A stretch of 64,000 nucleotides of DNA from Paraspadella gotoi (lineage: Eukaryota > Animalia > Chaetognatha), in contig CM119271.1 of NCBI GenBank assembly GCA_051294375.1, forward strand, positions 16,827,799 through 16,891,798, in the 5' to 3' direction. The position numbers and the translations under genes are program-made. Positions 18,846-33,960 of this stretch are shown in pieces (the first letter of the stretch is position 1; each line of letters starts with the position of its first letter). The notes under the pieces are model-generated. The model ran no database searches, was not told where the DNA came from, and saw only the letters and a program-made list of their open reading frames with translations.

Positions 18846-19979
18846 CTTTTTTTGAGTTCTGCAATTTCGCCGGAATTGAGCGCCGGGGTTACTACGAAAG
18901 CAGAAACGTACGTAGTAAAAGTGCCGGAGATCAAGAATGCCCGAGTGATCGGAATGCCAAAGCGCCGGGGATCCGGAATGCCACAGTGATCAAAATATCA
19001 ACGTGCAGGATATCCGCTATGCCAGAGTTCCGACACCATGATTCATAAATTGAAATCTTCCCATTAATTTTAATGTTGCGAAGCTTTGTCGTCATATATC
19101 TTTTATTTTATCATTACTCCGGATTAGCTATTCGAATATAAAAATTTAGAATGTTTGGTAGCCATGAAAAAATTAAATTATCCCAAAGAAGCGAAATCTT
19201 AACTTAGCCTCTCCTTTCATTCAAATTCAAACTCTTTATTTGATAATCGGGGAAATTCTAGATTTAGATTTTTAGAGAGAAAAAAAACGAGATTTTGTGA
19301 AGGAAATAAAAAAAGTAGAAAATTTTTTTTTCTTTTTTAAAATGCGTGATTTTTACGCGTAACTAAACCTGAGCCTTTGAGATAAAAAAAGAGGAAAATA
19401 TAAAAAGAGAAAAAAATATGGGATGAAGAAGACAGAAAAAAAACCAAATTTTTGACGTTCGTCGAAATAACCGGTACGACTGTAGAACTAATTCAAAGAA
19501 AGGGAGCCAATGTTTGTAATACATCTTTGTATGTATAATCAAATTGAATTAAATTCAATTAAAATGGTTCGCGTTACTGAAAATATTGTCTGTTATCAAA
19601 GTAAACGTCCATGTATCACTACTGTAATAAATATATCCGGCAGTTTCGTTTTAACTTGGAAAGAGCATCCTCCCACACACGAAAATCCGCTTACATATAT
19701 GCACGCATACAGTATCCCACACTCTCTCTATTTACTCTCTCCAACGCAGACGTCGTTTTTTTTTCTTTAACAAACAGATTCAGAAGAAAAAAGAAAAGAG
19801 GCGAAAAAGTCAGTTTTTTCTGAAAGCCCCCATTTCTGTTCTTAATCCCCGAATACTTTACCCTAATCTTTTAAGTTGAAATGAGTAGCTGTTGGAAAAT
19901 AGGGCCGGAAAAATAATTCGAAAAAACCTTAAGTCCCAGACAAAACTATAAAAGCGTAGTAGTTTTTATATAAAAAAAC

Positions 19980-20018
<39 letters not shown>

Positions 20019-20293
20019 TCACAAAGAAGCCTGGCCTTCGCTTTATCGAAGAATGAAAAATGAATATTGAATCGGCGATTCTTGAAATTTTAAGTTTAAT
20101 CTGAAATCCGAATTAGGAAGAATTAAGGTTTGAAATAGTTTAACCTGAGTCCACAATGATTTTCATGGAGGGATAGACAAATGGAAGGATAGAAAGACAG
20201 ACAGGGATAGACAGACAGACAAGAGCTATACAGAAGCTGTCAAAATTTCCTAAAACCCACTAAGGATTTTTTAAATTCTTTTTTACGTAAAGA

Positions 20294-20327
<34 letters not shown>

Positions 20328-21047
20328 TACAAAGAAATTGAAATGAAAATGAGATGACAAAGTCTGAGATGACAAAGACAAAGATGACAAAGTCGGAGAA
20401 AACAAAAACAATGACGGTGACGACGACGATGACAACGACGACTAAGTCCAGGAAAAAGAGGGAGGGAAGATGGGGGGAGAGAAGGGAAGAAGGGAAGAAG
20501 GGAAGAAGGGAAAGGGAAGGATGGGAAAGGGGGAGGGGAAAGGAGGAATAGGGCTGAGGGAAGAGGAAGAAGAGGGTAGAAGGGAAAGGAGAGAGGGAAG
20601 AGGGAAGATTGAGGGAGAGAAAAGGAGAGAGGGAAGAAGGGAAAAGGGCGGAGGGGAAAGGTAAAAAGGGTAAAAAGTGAGAATCGAAAGAGAAAGAGAA
20701 AGAGACCGCGAGTCCAAAACCTAATTTTTTTTCATCGGGAAAATTAAGAAAAAAAATTTGAGACGGAAATTCGGATTTTATGAAATCGGATTTAACGAGA
20801 TTTAACGAGATTTAACGAGATTTAACGGATACATAAGTAGAATGCTAATTGATCGGCCCAACTATAGAAAAATATTCTAATCATTAAATGTTATCACTAA
20901 ATTATACGACCTCGGATTAAAATTAAAATGAACTATGAAAGATAATTTTGTGTCAAATTCTTGAAACGAGAAAGTTCCCCAAAGGCAAAGATTTCTACTC
21001 TTAATTATAGTTATAAAAATCTCTCTCTCTTCATTTCTCTCTCTTCT

Positions 21048-21128
<81 letters not shown>

Positions 21129-21222
21129 GTCGAATACGTCTTCTCCAATTATTTCGTCAGGGATTTCATTCTTCCTCGTAAAAGTTGGGAAAACGCGATG
21201 AGAGAAGAGGATGAGAGAGAGA

Positions 21223-21259
<37 letters not shown>

Positions 21260-21960
21260 TTACACCCAGCTCCGTCCAATATTGTTGTTGTTACCCACAG
21301 AAGATTCAAAAAATATCTAACCAATCAACTCAACTATTTCAAATAAAATGTATGTATGTATGTAAGTATGTATGTATGTATGTATGTATGTTAGTATGTA
21401 TGTATGTATGTATGTTCTGTAATACAAAATTTATATGCCCTTTATATACTTAATCAACTTTTACTATCACTCTTTAACTTGCGAAACCGAATAAAACACT
21501 GAAGCATTTAAATATTTAATATTTAATATTCATAGTAATACGATAAACTTTAAATGCTTTTATATTATTAAAAAATTTAAATTGAAATTGAAATCTTTAA
21601 TTTTTGTAAACTTCGTTATCTCTCGGGGATACTCATTATTTATGAAATTAGTACAACCAATATAAAAATTATCAAATCATTTAATAAATAGATTATCTTG
21701 CCCCTGACTTTGCACAGCCTTTAGGCTAAGAACTTTTAGTTTTTACCTTGTTCCGCCTTACTATGTATACTTTATTTCCTTGTATGGTACTAAAATATAT
21801 TCTATATATAGTCTATATATCACCCTTTTTCTGAAAACCCAACCAAGGCGTTGAAGTATATAAATCCATAAAAACGACAGAAATTCCGCGTGAAATTTTT
21901 TTCTGTATCCGTTTCGCGTTGACATATAGACAGGTTGAGGACAATGAACAACGGTTAAAG

Positions 21961-21996
<36 letters not shown>

Positions 21997-22033
21997 AGAC
22001 GAGAGAGAGGAGAGAGAGAGACGAGAGAGAGAT

Positions 22034-22065
<32 letters not shown>

Positions 22066-22176
22066 CAAAGAGACAGAGAGCGAGATATTTCTTTCTATCG
22101 CGTTGGCTCAGTGGACGAAGAGCCGAGCATAAAATGATGGATGCTTCTCATTTGGCGTCAAAGTAGAAGCTATGGT

Positions 22177-22400
22177 GGTTGAGGTGGGAAATAGAGGGGA
22201 TTGAGGTGGCGAAATAGAGGGATTGAGGTGAGGAAAAGAGGATTGAGGTGGAGAATAGAGGAGATTGAGGTGGAGAATAGAGGGGATTGAGGTGGAAATA
22301 GAGGGGATTAGGGTGGAGAATAAGAGGAGTTTGAGGTTGGAGAATAGAGGAGATTGAGGTGGGGAATAGAGGGGATTGAGGTGGGGAATAGAGGGGATTT
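22177..22400 (+). repeat. 21-22-bp G-rich minisatellite (GAGGTGGAGAATAGAGGGGATT)
   Basis: About 10 tandem units; a degraded counterpart lies at about 29940-30180 in copy C. Confidence 0.85.
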
Positions 22401-23043
22401 CTCATGTAATAAAAAAAGATCCCCAGGGCCATTCACTTTTGACACTCTTAATTGAACCAAGGCTGGGCAGCTTACGTTTTATGTTAGAGTTTTCGTAAGT
22501 ATATCATTCTCTTCATATTTTTAAGGGCTTTCTGAGGATATTATTATTGTTAATATTTTAATAAATACTTTGTTTGAAAAGGTGCAAAAAGTAAAAAAAA
22601 ACAACTGAATTTAAAAACAGTGAGTTTGAAAATGAAACCCGATCTGAAATGCCAACTTTCTCCACTCATTGTCAAGGCATATCTTAACTGATCAATATAA
22701 AATTTTAACACATAAATAGTTTAAGTATTTTCTGCTCAACTAATATTTAAAATCAATGAAATAACCACCGGTTTGCAAATGACAGCGTATTTCTACCGGC
22801 GCTTGTAAAATTGTCACAATGCTTTCTCTAAAATTAAAAACAACGAAAAGAAACGATTATCGCATCATAAAAAATATTTATAAATTATACATAAAGATTG
22901 GGTCGTGCCGCTATTTTTGGTTGCGCCACGAGTACTCGCCATTTCTGGGTTCATTCTTCTTTGGTCATGTGGGATTCGTTCCCGAGTTTGGCTAAATGTC
23001 TCTCTCTCTATTTCTTTCNNNNNNNNNNNNNNNNNNNNNNNNN

Positions 23044-25226
23044 TGTTTTGTTTATGCGATGACGGACCAAAACAAAGGCAGAGAGAGAGAGAGAGTGCCC
23101 CCAAAGCACGTGCGACATGTCTTTTAAAAGCCGCTTCCCCTTATGCAAAGGGGTTCTCTTCTGATGAAAGATTTTCCTTCTTCCTCTTCTCTCTTCCTTC
23201 CTCCCCTCCTCCTCCTCCTGCCTTTCTGATATAAAAGAAGCTCATTTTCTATTATTTTATTCATTATTAATTTTATTAAATAACACAAAGTGTCAGTTCA
23301 TTTTATTCCATTATCTCATTCAAATCTCAAATATAAACTTTTATTAATTCCTTTCAGTATATTTTTTCAAATAACTAGTTTTTTATACTTTTAAATAACT
23401 TTTTATCATTTAGTTCTCCGTTCTTATTTTATATTTTCACTTTAATTGCATTTTATCAATATATTTTCATCCTTCACATTCTTTCACTCTATCTCTCTCT
23501 CTCTTCTCCTCTCTCTCTCTCTTCTTCTTTTCAATCCATCAATTCAAGTCTTATCTTCTTTTTTTCTATATTTTTCTTCTTTTTTCTATGTTATATCCCT
23601 CCCTTATTTAATCAATAAATAAATTTTTTTCCAACTTACTTTTCTTTTTTACTATTTCCCGGTTTCTAGTAAACCTCTACAATATAATATACTTGGCGCA
23701 GCGCGCCTCGCGACTTTCGACTGAAACCGCTCCTTGCCACGCCGACTGCTGCGGCCAAGCGATCGAAAAATCCAGCCGCGCTGAGTCTCTGACGCGCTGC
23801 CGCCTCTGGAGAGAGATTGTTGTCTCTTTTTAAGGAAAAGATCGACGCTTCCGTGGAGAAAAGGGAGACGGATAAGTAGGAGGAAAAAAGGGAAAACTGC
23901 GCAATTAATTTTAAATGATAGATAAATATAATAATTATAATTAATATATATTTTTTAAAAAAGATTTAGTAGAAAAAAATATATTAAAATACCAAAAAAG
24001 GTCTTGTCCAGTATATCGTTTCGCTGCACCTATAATCTGAAATACTGTGATGATATCATTTATTATACACGACATTGGTACATTCCTATTATAAAACGTG
24101 TCCATTCATTCAATAAATAACCTAATCATAATATTTTTGAACAAATAAAATTATAGAAATCATATTTACAAAAATTTATTTTAGCTGTCGATTTACACTT
24201 TTGCTATTTGTTTTTTGAAACCAACCTTTGAACCGGGAAAATAAAAAATTTGTAAATACGCTATATATATATAGATATATTCATATATATATATGTAACA
24301 AAAACTAAATTTGAATTTACAGTAAAATTATTTCCCCCCCAAAAAAAAAACTGAGGAAACGACTTGACCTTTTGGACAAGATTTCATTCAAATTAGGGCG
24401 AAAGCTTCTCGTCAGGGCACCAAAGCAGCTCTTCTTCCTGACTTGCGTTCTTACCTTCATGCCACCAAGCAGCTTTCTTCCCGATTGCTTCCTTCTTTCG
24501 ACACAAAGCAGCTTTTCCCGATTTGTTTTTTTCGGCCGGATCGAGAAACTCCCATTCTCTCCCGCCCTTCGTTGAATCTGAATGTTTTGACCTTTGAAAA
24601 AAATTATATAATCGGATTTTTTAAAAAAAAAAGACAGAGAATTCTTCCGGCCACAATTATTCCTATTAAAATGCTCCTTTTGTGTTTCTTAGTTCTTGAA
24701 CTTTATTTTTACTTAAATATTTAACCGTTAAACTTTTACGGAATACTGACTTGCCAAAACTAAATCTTTATCCTTAATGATTTATTAACAAAGAACACAA
24801 AAGAAGCATTTTAGGAAAATTGTGCGAATTAAATCCGTTTATTTATTTCTCCAACCTTTAACTAAAAAATCTTAATCCGTAACCCTGATGCCATAAGTAT
24901 ATCCCGAAACTTTAATTCTTAACCTAACTGTCTAAACTAAGTTTTAAATATAACCTGAAATTGGTGGTATATATGGGCGAAGGTTATATACTTGAAGATA
25001 CCTTAAAATCGGATAAAACGAATCGGGTGGCTCGTTTCGTTTTCGGCCCCGCTTATGATGAAGTCTCGATTTAACGAACTCTCATTTTCCTTTGTTTAAC
25101 GAATTTCTCTCTCATTTGCGAATTCTGAAATTTCTTTGGTAAAAAAAAACTCGCGCATAAAATAGATTTATTTTTGAGTCACAAAGAAATAAAACTGGGA
25201 GGAGAGATCAAGAAAATCTCTCTCTC

Positions 25227-25263
<37 letters not shown>

Positions 25264-25533
25264 CTCTCTCTCTCTCTCTCTCTCCCGCTGCTGCATCCAA
25301 AATTTCAATACTGGTGCATCTAAGAATAACTTTTTTTTGCGCCCTTTGTTCCTTTTCTTTCTTAATTTGTTCTTTGTTCTTTGTTTCTTTTTTTTTCGTT
25401 TTCTCTTTCTATATTTATTTCAAAATTCTTTATCTTTCTTTCTTATTTTCTTCTTTCTTTTCTTGCTTCTTTCTTTCTAATCTCTCTTTCTACTACCAAC
25501 CTTTATATATTTCTTTCTTTTTTCTAATTCTTT

Positions 25534-25567
<34 letters not shown>

Positions 25568-25833
25568 TCTTTCTTTCTTTCTCTTTTTCTTGCTTTCTTT
25601 CTTTCTTTCTTACTTCTTTCTTTTCACTCTATTCTTCTACCTACCTTTATTTCTTTCTTTCTTTTTCTAATTTCCATCCTTTTCTCGGGGCTTTTCTCTC
25701 TTTCTTTGCTTCTTTTTTAAAAGTTTTTTGAGAGTCATTACTATTGCCGCTTCCTGGTTAATTTTTTTTTAGGAGAGAGATGAGGACGAAGAGCATGAGA
25801 GAGAGAAGAGAGATGAGATAGAGAGAGAGAGAC

Positions 25834-25870
<37 letters not shown>

Positions 25871-28727
25871 GAGAGAGAGAGGTTGATTGAAAGTGCAGAG
25901 TGTTCTTCGATATTCGTTTGAAAACGTGACTTCGCATCGTTAATCCAAAAATCGAGGAAAAAAAAGAAAGAAGAAGAAATGAAGATGTTGATTAATTAAT
26001 TCAATCAATCAATTCGATCTTATATTTTGATTATTCATTCAACCAATTCAATCACGCCAATCAAAACAATCAAAAATGAAACATTTTTTTAACGATACAA
26101 TAATATTAATCAATGAAAACAATAATTGAAATTATCAATCAATCAATCCATTAATTAATCAATCAGTCAATCAATCAATTAATTCAAACTATCAATTCAA
26201 ATTTTAAAATTTCTAGATGAAATTGATTTGTTTTGCTACGAATATATTTTTCAAAACTTATTTTAAACGCGAACAAACTTTAGCCCATCTTTGCATACTA
26301 TGTTTTTTTTTTAAAGAAAAAACCCGCCCTTTTTGTGAAGAAATATATATGTATAAAATTTTCACATTAAGTTTTTTTTTCCCGTCTCCAAAGCCTTGAC
26401 GTTAACTCATTGAGTTGATGCAAAACTCACGTTAATCCGTTGTGAATGTAACTTGTATTTCCTAGGAGCCATCTTTTTTTGAGTTCTGTGCAAATTTTCG
26501 CGGAATTGAGCGCCGGGGTTACTACGAAAGCAGAAACGTAACGTAGTAAAAGTGCCGGAGATCAAGAATGCCCGATGTGATCGGAATGCCAAAGCGCCGG
26601 GATCCGGAATGCCACAGTGATCAAAAATATCAACGTGCCAGGGATAATCGCATATTGCCAGAGTTCCGACACCATGATCATAAATTGAAATTCTTCCATT
26701 AATTTTTAATGTTGCGAAGCTTTGTCGTCTATATATCTTTTATTTTTAATCATTACTCCGGATTAGCTATTCGAATTATAAAAATTAGAATGTTTGGTTA
26801 GCCATGAAAAAATTAAAAATTATCCCAAAGAAGCGAAATCTTTAACTTAGCCTCTCCTTTCCATCAAATTCAAACTCTTTATTTTGATAATCGCGGGGAA
26901 ATTCTAATTAGATTTTTATGAGAAGGGAAAAAAAAAACGAAGATTGTTGTGAAGGAAATAAAAAAAGTAGAACATTTTTTTTTCTTTTTTAAAATGCGTG
27001 ATTTTACGCGTAAAACTAAACCTGAGCCTTTGAGATAAAAAAAAGAGAAAATATTTAAAAAGAGAAAAAAAATATGGGATGAAGAAGACAGAAAAAAAAC
27101 CAAATTTTTGACGTCGTTCGAAAATAACCGGTTACGACTGTAGAACTAATTTTCAAAGAAGGAGCCAATGTTTGTAATACATCTTGTATCTGTATAATCA
27201 AATGAATTAAATTCAATTAAAATGGTTCGCGGTTACTGGAAAATATTGTCTGTTATCAAAGTAAACGTCCATGTATTCACTACTGCTTAATAAAATACTC
27301 GGCAGTTTCGTTTTAACTTGAAAGAGCATTCCTTCCCACAACACGAAATCCGCTTACATATATGCACGCATACAGTATCCACACTCTCTCTATTTACTCT
27401 CTCAATCCAACGCAGAGGGTCGGTTTTTTTTCTTTAACAAACAGATTCAGAAGAAAAAAGAAAGAGGCGAAAAAGTCAGTTTTTTCTAGAAAGCCCCCAT
27501 TTCTTGTTCTTAATCCCGAATATTTACCCTAATCTTTTAAGTTGAAATGAGTAGCTGTTGGAAAATAGGGCCGGAAAAATAATTCGAAAAACCTTAAGTC
27601 CCAGTAAACAAAAATATAAAAGCGTTAGTAGTTTTATATAAAAAAAACAGTGACGACGACGACGACGACGACGACTACGACCGACGTCACAAAGAAGCCG
27701 GCCTTCGCTTTATCGAAGAATGAAAAATGAATATTGAATCGCCGATTCTTGAATTTAACTTAAAGTTTAATCTGAAATCCGAATTAGGAAGAATTAAGGT
27801 TTGAAATAGTTTAACCTGAGTCCACTATGGATTTTATTGGAGGGATTAGCAAATGGAAGGATAGAAAGACAGGACAGGGATAGACAGAACAGACAAGAGC
27901 TAACAGAAGCTTCAAAATTTCCTAAAAACCCACTAAGGATTTTTAAATTTCTTTTACGTAAAGATGACACGACGACGAAACGACGACGACGGACGACTAC
28001 CAAAGAATTTGAAATGAAAATGAATGACAAAGTCTGAGATGACAAACAAAGATGGAACAATAGTCGGAGAAAACCAAAAACAATTGCGCGTGACACGACG
28101 ATGACAACGACGACTAAGTCCAGGGATAAGAAGGGAGGCGAAGTGGGAGGGAGAGAAGGGAAGAAGGAAGAAGGGAAGAAGGAAAGGGAGGATGGGAAGG
28201 GGGAGGGAAAGAGGAATAGGGCTGGAGGGAGAGAAGAAGGGGTAGAGGGAAAGGAGAGAGGGAAGAGGGAGATTGAGGGAGAGAAAGGAGAGAGGAAGAA
28301 GGGAAAAGGGCGGAGGGAAGGTAAAAAAAGGTTAAAAAGTGAGAATCGAAAGCGAAAAGAACAGAGACCGCGCGTCCAAAACCTAATTTTTTTTCATGGG
28401 AAATTAAGAAAAAAAATTTGAGACGGAAATTCGAGATTTATGAAATCGGAGTTAACGATTATTTAACGAGATTTAACGACACGATTAACGGCGATAATAA
28501 GTAGAATGCTAATCTGATCCCGCCCAACTATTAGAAAAATATCTCTAATCATTAAATGGTTTATTCACTAAATTATACGACCTCGGCTTGTTAAAATTAA
28601 AATGAAACTATGAAAGATAATTTTGTGTCAAATTCTTGAAACGAGGAAAGTTCCCCAAAGGCAAAGTTTCTACTCTTATATTATAGTTATAAAAATCTCC
28701 TCTTCTCTCACCCTCTCTCTCCCTCTT

Positions 28728-28783
<56 letters not shown>

Positions 28784-29727
28784 GTCGAATACGTCTTCTC
28801 CAATTATTTCGCAGGATTTCATTCTTCCTCGTTAAAATTTGGGGAAAACGGCGACTGAGAAGTGTGAGAGGGAGAGAGAGAGAGAGAGAGACGATGAGGT
28901 GAGAGACGAAGGAGATGAGAGAGAGCTGAAGAGGAAGAGAGGAGAGAGATTGCATAGAGGGAGAAGGGAGGAGAGAGAAAATTTACACCCAGCTCCGTCC
29001 AATATTGTTGTTGTTACCCACAGAAGATTCAAAAAATATCTAACAATCAACTCAACTATTTCATAAAATGTAGTATTATGTAATATGTATGTATGTATTA
29101 TGGTATGTTAGTATGTATGTATGCTATGGTATGTCTGTAATACAAGTCATATGCCCTTTATATACTAATTCACACTTTTAGCTATCAACTCTTTAACTTC
29201 GGCGAAACGAAATAAAACACTGAAGCATTTAAATATTTAATATTTAATATCATAGTAATACGATAAAACTTTAATGCTTTATATATTATTAAAAAATTTA
29301 AAAATTGAAAATTGAAATTCTTTAATTTTTGTAAACTTCGTTATCTCTCGGGATACTCATTATTTATGAAATTAGGTTACAACCAATTAAAAATTATCAA
29401 ATCATTTAATAAATAGATTTATCTTGCCCCTGACTTTGCACAGCCTTTAGGCTAAGAACTTTTAGTTTTTACCTTGTTCCGCCTTACTATGTATTACTTC
29501 TTTTCCTTGGTATGCGTACTAAAATATTCTATTATAGTCGTATATTCACCCTTTTTCTGAAAACCCAACAAGGCGTTAAGTTATATAAATCCATAAACGA
29601 CAGAAATTACCGCGTTGAATTTTTTTTTCTGTATCCGTTTCGCGTGACATATAGACAGGTTGAGGACAATGAACAACGGTTAAAGCGAGAGAGGGGGAGA
29701 GAGAGAGAGAGAGACTGAAGAAAGACG

Positions 29728-29762
<35 letters not shown>

Positions 29763-30812
29763 CGACAGAGCAGAGAGATGAGAGAGAGAGAGAGAGAGAC
29801 GAGAGAGAGAGAGGAGACAGAGACAAAGAGACAGAGAGCGAGATATTTCTTTCTATTCGCGTTGGCCAGTGGACGAAGGAGCCGAGCATTAAAAGATGGA
29901 TGCTTCTCATTTGCGTCAAGTAGACAGAAGCTATTTGGTGGTGAGGTGGGAAATAGAGGGGATTGAGCGTGGGAAATAGAGGGGATTGAGTGGAGAGATA
30001 TGAGGTGGAATTACGGAGGAGATATGAGGGAGACAGAGCGTGGATAGTTGAGGTGGAAATAGAGGGGATTTAGGTGGAGAATAAGAGGAGATTTGAGGTT
30101 GGAGAATAAGGAGATTGAGGTGGAGAATAGAGGAGATTGAGGTGGGAATAGAGGGGATTGAGGTGGGTAATAGAGGGGATTTCTCATGCTAATAAAAAAA
30201 GATTCCCCCAGGCCATTTCACTTTTTGACACTCTTAATTGAACCAGGCTGGGCAGCCTTACGTTTTATGTAGAGTTTCGTAGAAGTATATTCTTCTCTTC
30301 AATATTTTAAGGGCTTTCTGAGGATGGTATTTATTGTTAAATATTTTAATAAATACTTTGTTTTGAAAAAGGTGCAAAAAGTAGAAAAAAAAACAACTGA
30401 ATTTAAAAACAAGTGAGTTGTGAAAATTGAAACGCCGCATCTGAAATTGCCAACTTTCTTCCACTCATTGTCAAGGACATATCTTAACTGGATTCAATAT
30501 AAATTTTTAACACATAAATAGTTTAAGTATTTCTGCTCAACTAATATAAAATCAATGAAATAACACCGGTTTGCAAATTGAAGCTATTCTACCGGCGCTT
30601 GTAAAAATTGTCACAATGCTTTCTCTTAAAATTAAAGACAACGAAAAGAAACGATTATCGCATCAATAAAAAATATTTATAAATTATACATAAAGATGGT
30701 CGTGCCGCTATTTTTGGTTTTTGCGACCCACGAGTACTCGCCATTTCTGGGTCATCTTCTTTGGTCATGTGGGATTTCGTTCCCGAGTTTGGCTCAAATG
30801 TCTCTCTCTATT

Positions 30813-30815
<3 letters not shown>
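23044..30815 (+). repeat. Indel-rich duplicate (copy C) of 15435-23018; probable assembly artefact
   Basis: Begins TGTTTTGTTTATGCGATGACGG immediately after a 25-N gap (23019-23043) and ends on the same sequence that precedes that gap. Differences are mostly 1-bp indels. Confidence 0.92.
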
Positions 30816-30899
<84 letters not shown>

Positions 30900-31514
30900 T
30901 TATCTCTCTCTCTTAGTCTTTCTCAATTGTTGTTTTATTGTTAATTTTTTGTGTTATTTTGTGTTATTTTAGTATTTTCACTTTATTCCTGTTAACTGAT
31001 AACTTAGAAAAATAAGTCGAAATATCTGGCAAAAAAAAGTTTTTTTTTACTCGCACTGCCTTCTCCATTATGAAATTAAATTTATTCATAATAATACTTT
31101 CGTGTGAAGACGTTAAAAACTGTTTATATAAACTTTGAAAAATTATAGAGAGAATTCCAATGCAGTACATGTCGAAAATTCATGGAAATATACACGGGAT
31201 AAAATGTGATGCTCATAATTCAAGGGCAACATATTGGATGGACCGATCTTGTTTTCTTTATACTTGACTCCATTGTTTCTCTCATTTTGTGTCTCCAATG
31301 ACGAAAGGAAGACGACGATGAGAACGACGACGACGACGACGTCCACAACAACAACAACAACAACCGATTACAACGACGACCTTGGGAACGACAAAACTCC
31401 GTCCTTTGGGACAAAGCTTAAATCGTTGTCGTCGTCGTCGTCGTCGTTGTCGTCGTCGTCGATAAAATCAGGAGCCGAGTCTCTCACTTACCCTTTTTGT
31501 CTCGCTCTCACCCC

Positions 31515-31587
<73 letters not shown>

Positions 31588-31729
31588 CTCACCGCATTTG
31601 TCTCGCTCTCTCTCCTTGCTGTCTCCCTGTCAGGGGTCAGTGTCGTCGCCGGCTGAATTACTCTCACTCCTTCTCTGACTAAAATCAACTTCCTCTCAAC
31701 TCAAGCTTCGACTCTATATCGATTCTCCA

Positions 31730-32220
31730 TTCATCCCCTAACCTCCTCCTCCTAACCTTATCCCCTAACCACCTCCTCCTAACCTCATCCCATAACCTCA
31801 TCCCCTAACCTCCTACCACTAACCTAACCTCCTCCAAATTTCTTCTTCAATTTTATCTCCTTTCGCGTCGCATAATCTCGGTTCCTCCTTTGGAGCCTTT
31901 GAGGTGACCACTGACCCACAGACCCAAGGACTCCGACCTTCCTTCTCTTTCTCTCCGACCTTCCAAGGATCTCTCTCTCCAACCTTCTTAGGATCTCTCT
32001 CTCTGACCTTCCTTCTCTTTTTCTCTGACCTTCCTAGGATCTCTCTCCGACCTTCCTTCTCATTCTCTCCGACCTTCCTAGGATCTCTCTCTCCGACCTT
32101 CCTAAGGTCCCTCTCTCCAATCTTCCTTTCCTTTCTAGATGGTCATTTTCCTCACTTTTTTAATCACCCCTCCTCCGACCTTCCATAATATTTTAGTCCC
32201 TTTTCTTCCGATCTTCCTAT
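31730..32220 (+). repeat. CCCCTAACCT-type degenerate repeat followed by an about 24-bp minisatellite (CTCCGACCTTCCTAGGATCTCTCT)
   Basis: Tandem units visible at about 31730-31835 and 31930-32220. Confidence 0.75.
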
Positions 32221-33229
32221 CAACCCTAGACGCCGCTCCCGATCTAAATGACCTTTTCTTTCCTTTTTATACTTTCTTTTTCTCCGACTTTCAATGCCAC
32301 CTTGGGACTCGCTCCTATTAACACGAAATGTTAATTTACTAGTCTCTCCTCTTGTCCTATTTACTACATCTAAATAACTTTCATCATTAAGAAGTCCACA
32401 TCACATTTATGTTTACAAGGATTGACTTTTGGCGCGGAATTTTCTGTAAACCTTAGTTACTCTCCACACAACGAAAACAAAATTCTCTCCATTTGAAAGA
32501 AGAAAAAATTCTCCCTCCCGATTTCCCTCTCCCTCTTTCCCTCTCCCTCTTTCCCTCTCCCTCTTTCNNNNNNNNNNNNNNNNNNNNNNNNNNNNNNNNN
32601 NNNNNNNNNNNNNNNNNNNNNNNNNNNNNNNNNNNNNNNNNNNNNNNNNNNNNNNNNNNNNNNNNNNNNNNNNNNNNNNNNNNNNNNNNNNNNNNNNNNN
32701 NNNNNNNNNNNNNNNNNNNNNNNNNNNNNNNNNNNNNNNNNNNNNNNNNNNNNNNNNNNNTTTCCCTCTTTCGCTCTCCCTCTCCCTCTCTCTCCCCCTT
32801 TTCTTTAACCCCGAACGTCAACCTTTGTCGCGGTGAAACTCCAATCAATTCGTGACCACCAACTGACCGCCTCCGAACACCTTTCGCCTTCGTCGAACCT
32901 TTGACCCTTTGGCGCTGANNNNNNNNNNNNNNNNNNNNNNNNNNNNNNNNNNNNNNNNNNNNNNNNNNNNNNNNNNNNNNNNNNNNNNNNNNNNNNNNNN
33001 NNNNNNNNNNNNNNNNNNNNNNNNNNNNNNNNNNNNNNNNNNNNNNNNNNNNNNNNNNNNNNNNNNNNNNNNNNNNNNNNNNNNNNNNNNNNNNNNNNNN
33101 NNNNNNNNNNNNNNNNNNNNNNNNNNNNNNNNNNNNNNNNNNNNNNNNNNNNNNNNNNNNNNNTCTCCTTCTCCCTCCTCTCTCTCTCCCACTTTGGCGA
33201 CAGAAACAAGTTTTTATGGCGTTGGAGAG

Positions 33230-33960
33230 AGTCGAATTTTTTTCTTTTTTTTTCTTTTTTTCCCCTTTTCTTTTCTTTTGCTTTACTTTTCTTTTCTTTT
33301 CTTTTGCCTTACTTTTCTTTTCTTCTCTTTTCTTTTTTCTCTTTTGCTTTACTTTTCTTTTCTTTTATTTACTTTTTCTTTTTTTTTCTTTTCTTTTCTT
33401 TTCTTTTCTTTTCTTTTCCTTTCTTTTTTTTTCTTTTCTTTTCTTTTCTTTTCTTTTCTTTTTCCTTTATTTTCTTTTATTTTCTTTTCTTTTGCTTTAC
33501 TTTTCTTTTCTTTTCTTTTTTTTCTTTTCTTTTTCTTTCTTTTCTTTTCTTTTCTTTTCTTTTCTTTTCTCTTTCATTTCTTTTCTTTTCTTTTCTTTTC
33601 TTTACTTTTATTTTCTTTTTCTTTTCCCTTCTTTACTTTTCTTTTCTTTACTTTTCTTTTCTTTTTCTTTCTTTTCTTTTCTTTTCTTTTNNNNNNNNNN
33701 NNNNNNNNNNNNNNNNNNNNNNNNNNNNNNNNNNNNNNNNNNNNNNNNNNNNNNNNNNNNNNNNNNNNNNNNNNNNNNNNNNNNNNNNNNNNNNNNNNNN
33801 NNNNNNNNNNNNNNNNNNNNNNNNNNNNNNNNNNNNNNNNNNNNNNNNNNNNNNNNNNNNNNNNNNNNNNNNNNNNNNNNNNNNNNNNNTTCTTTTTTTT
33901 TTTCCTTTCTTTTCTTTTCTTTTCTTTTTTTCTCTTTCCCCCTTTCCTCCCTTTTTCCTT
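33230..33960 (+). repeat. (TTTTC)n simple repeat with internal gap
   Basis: Direct reading; it explains the long Phe/Ser/Leu ORFs in the track. Confidence 0.95.
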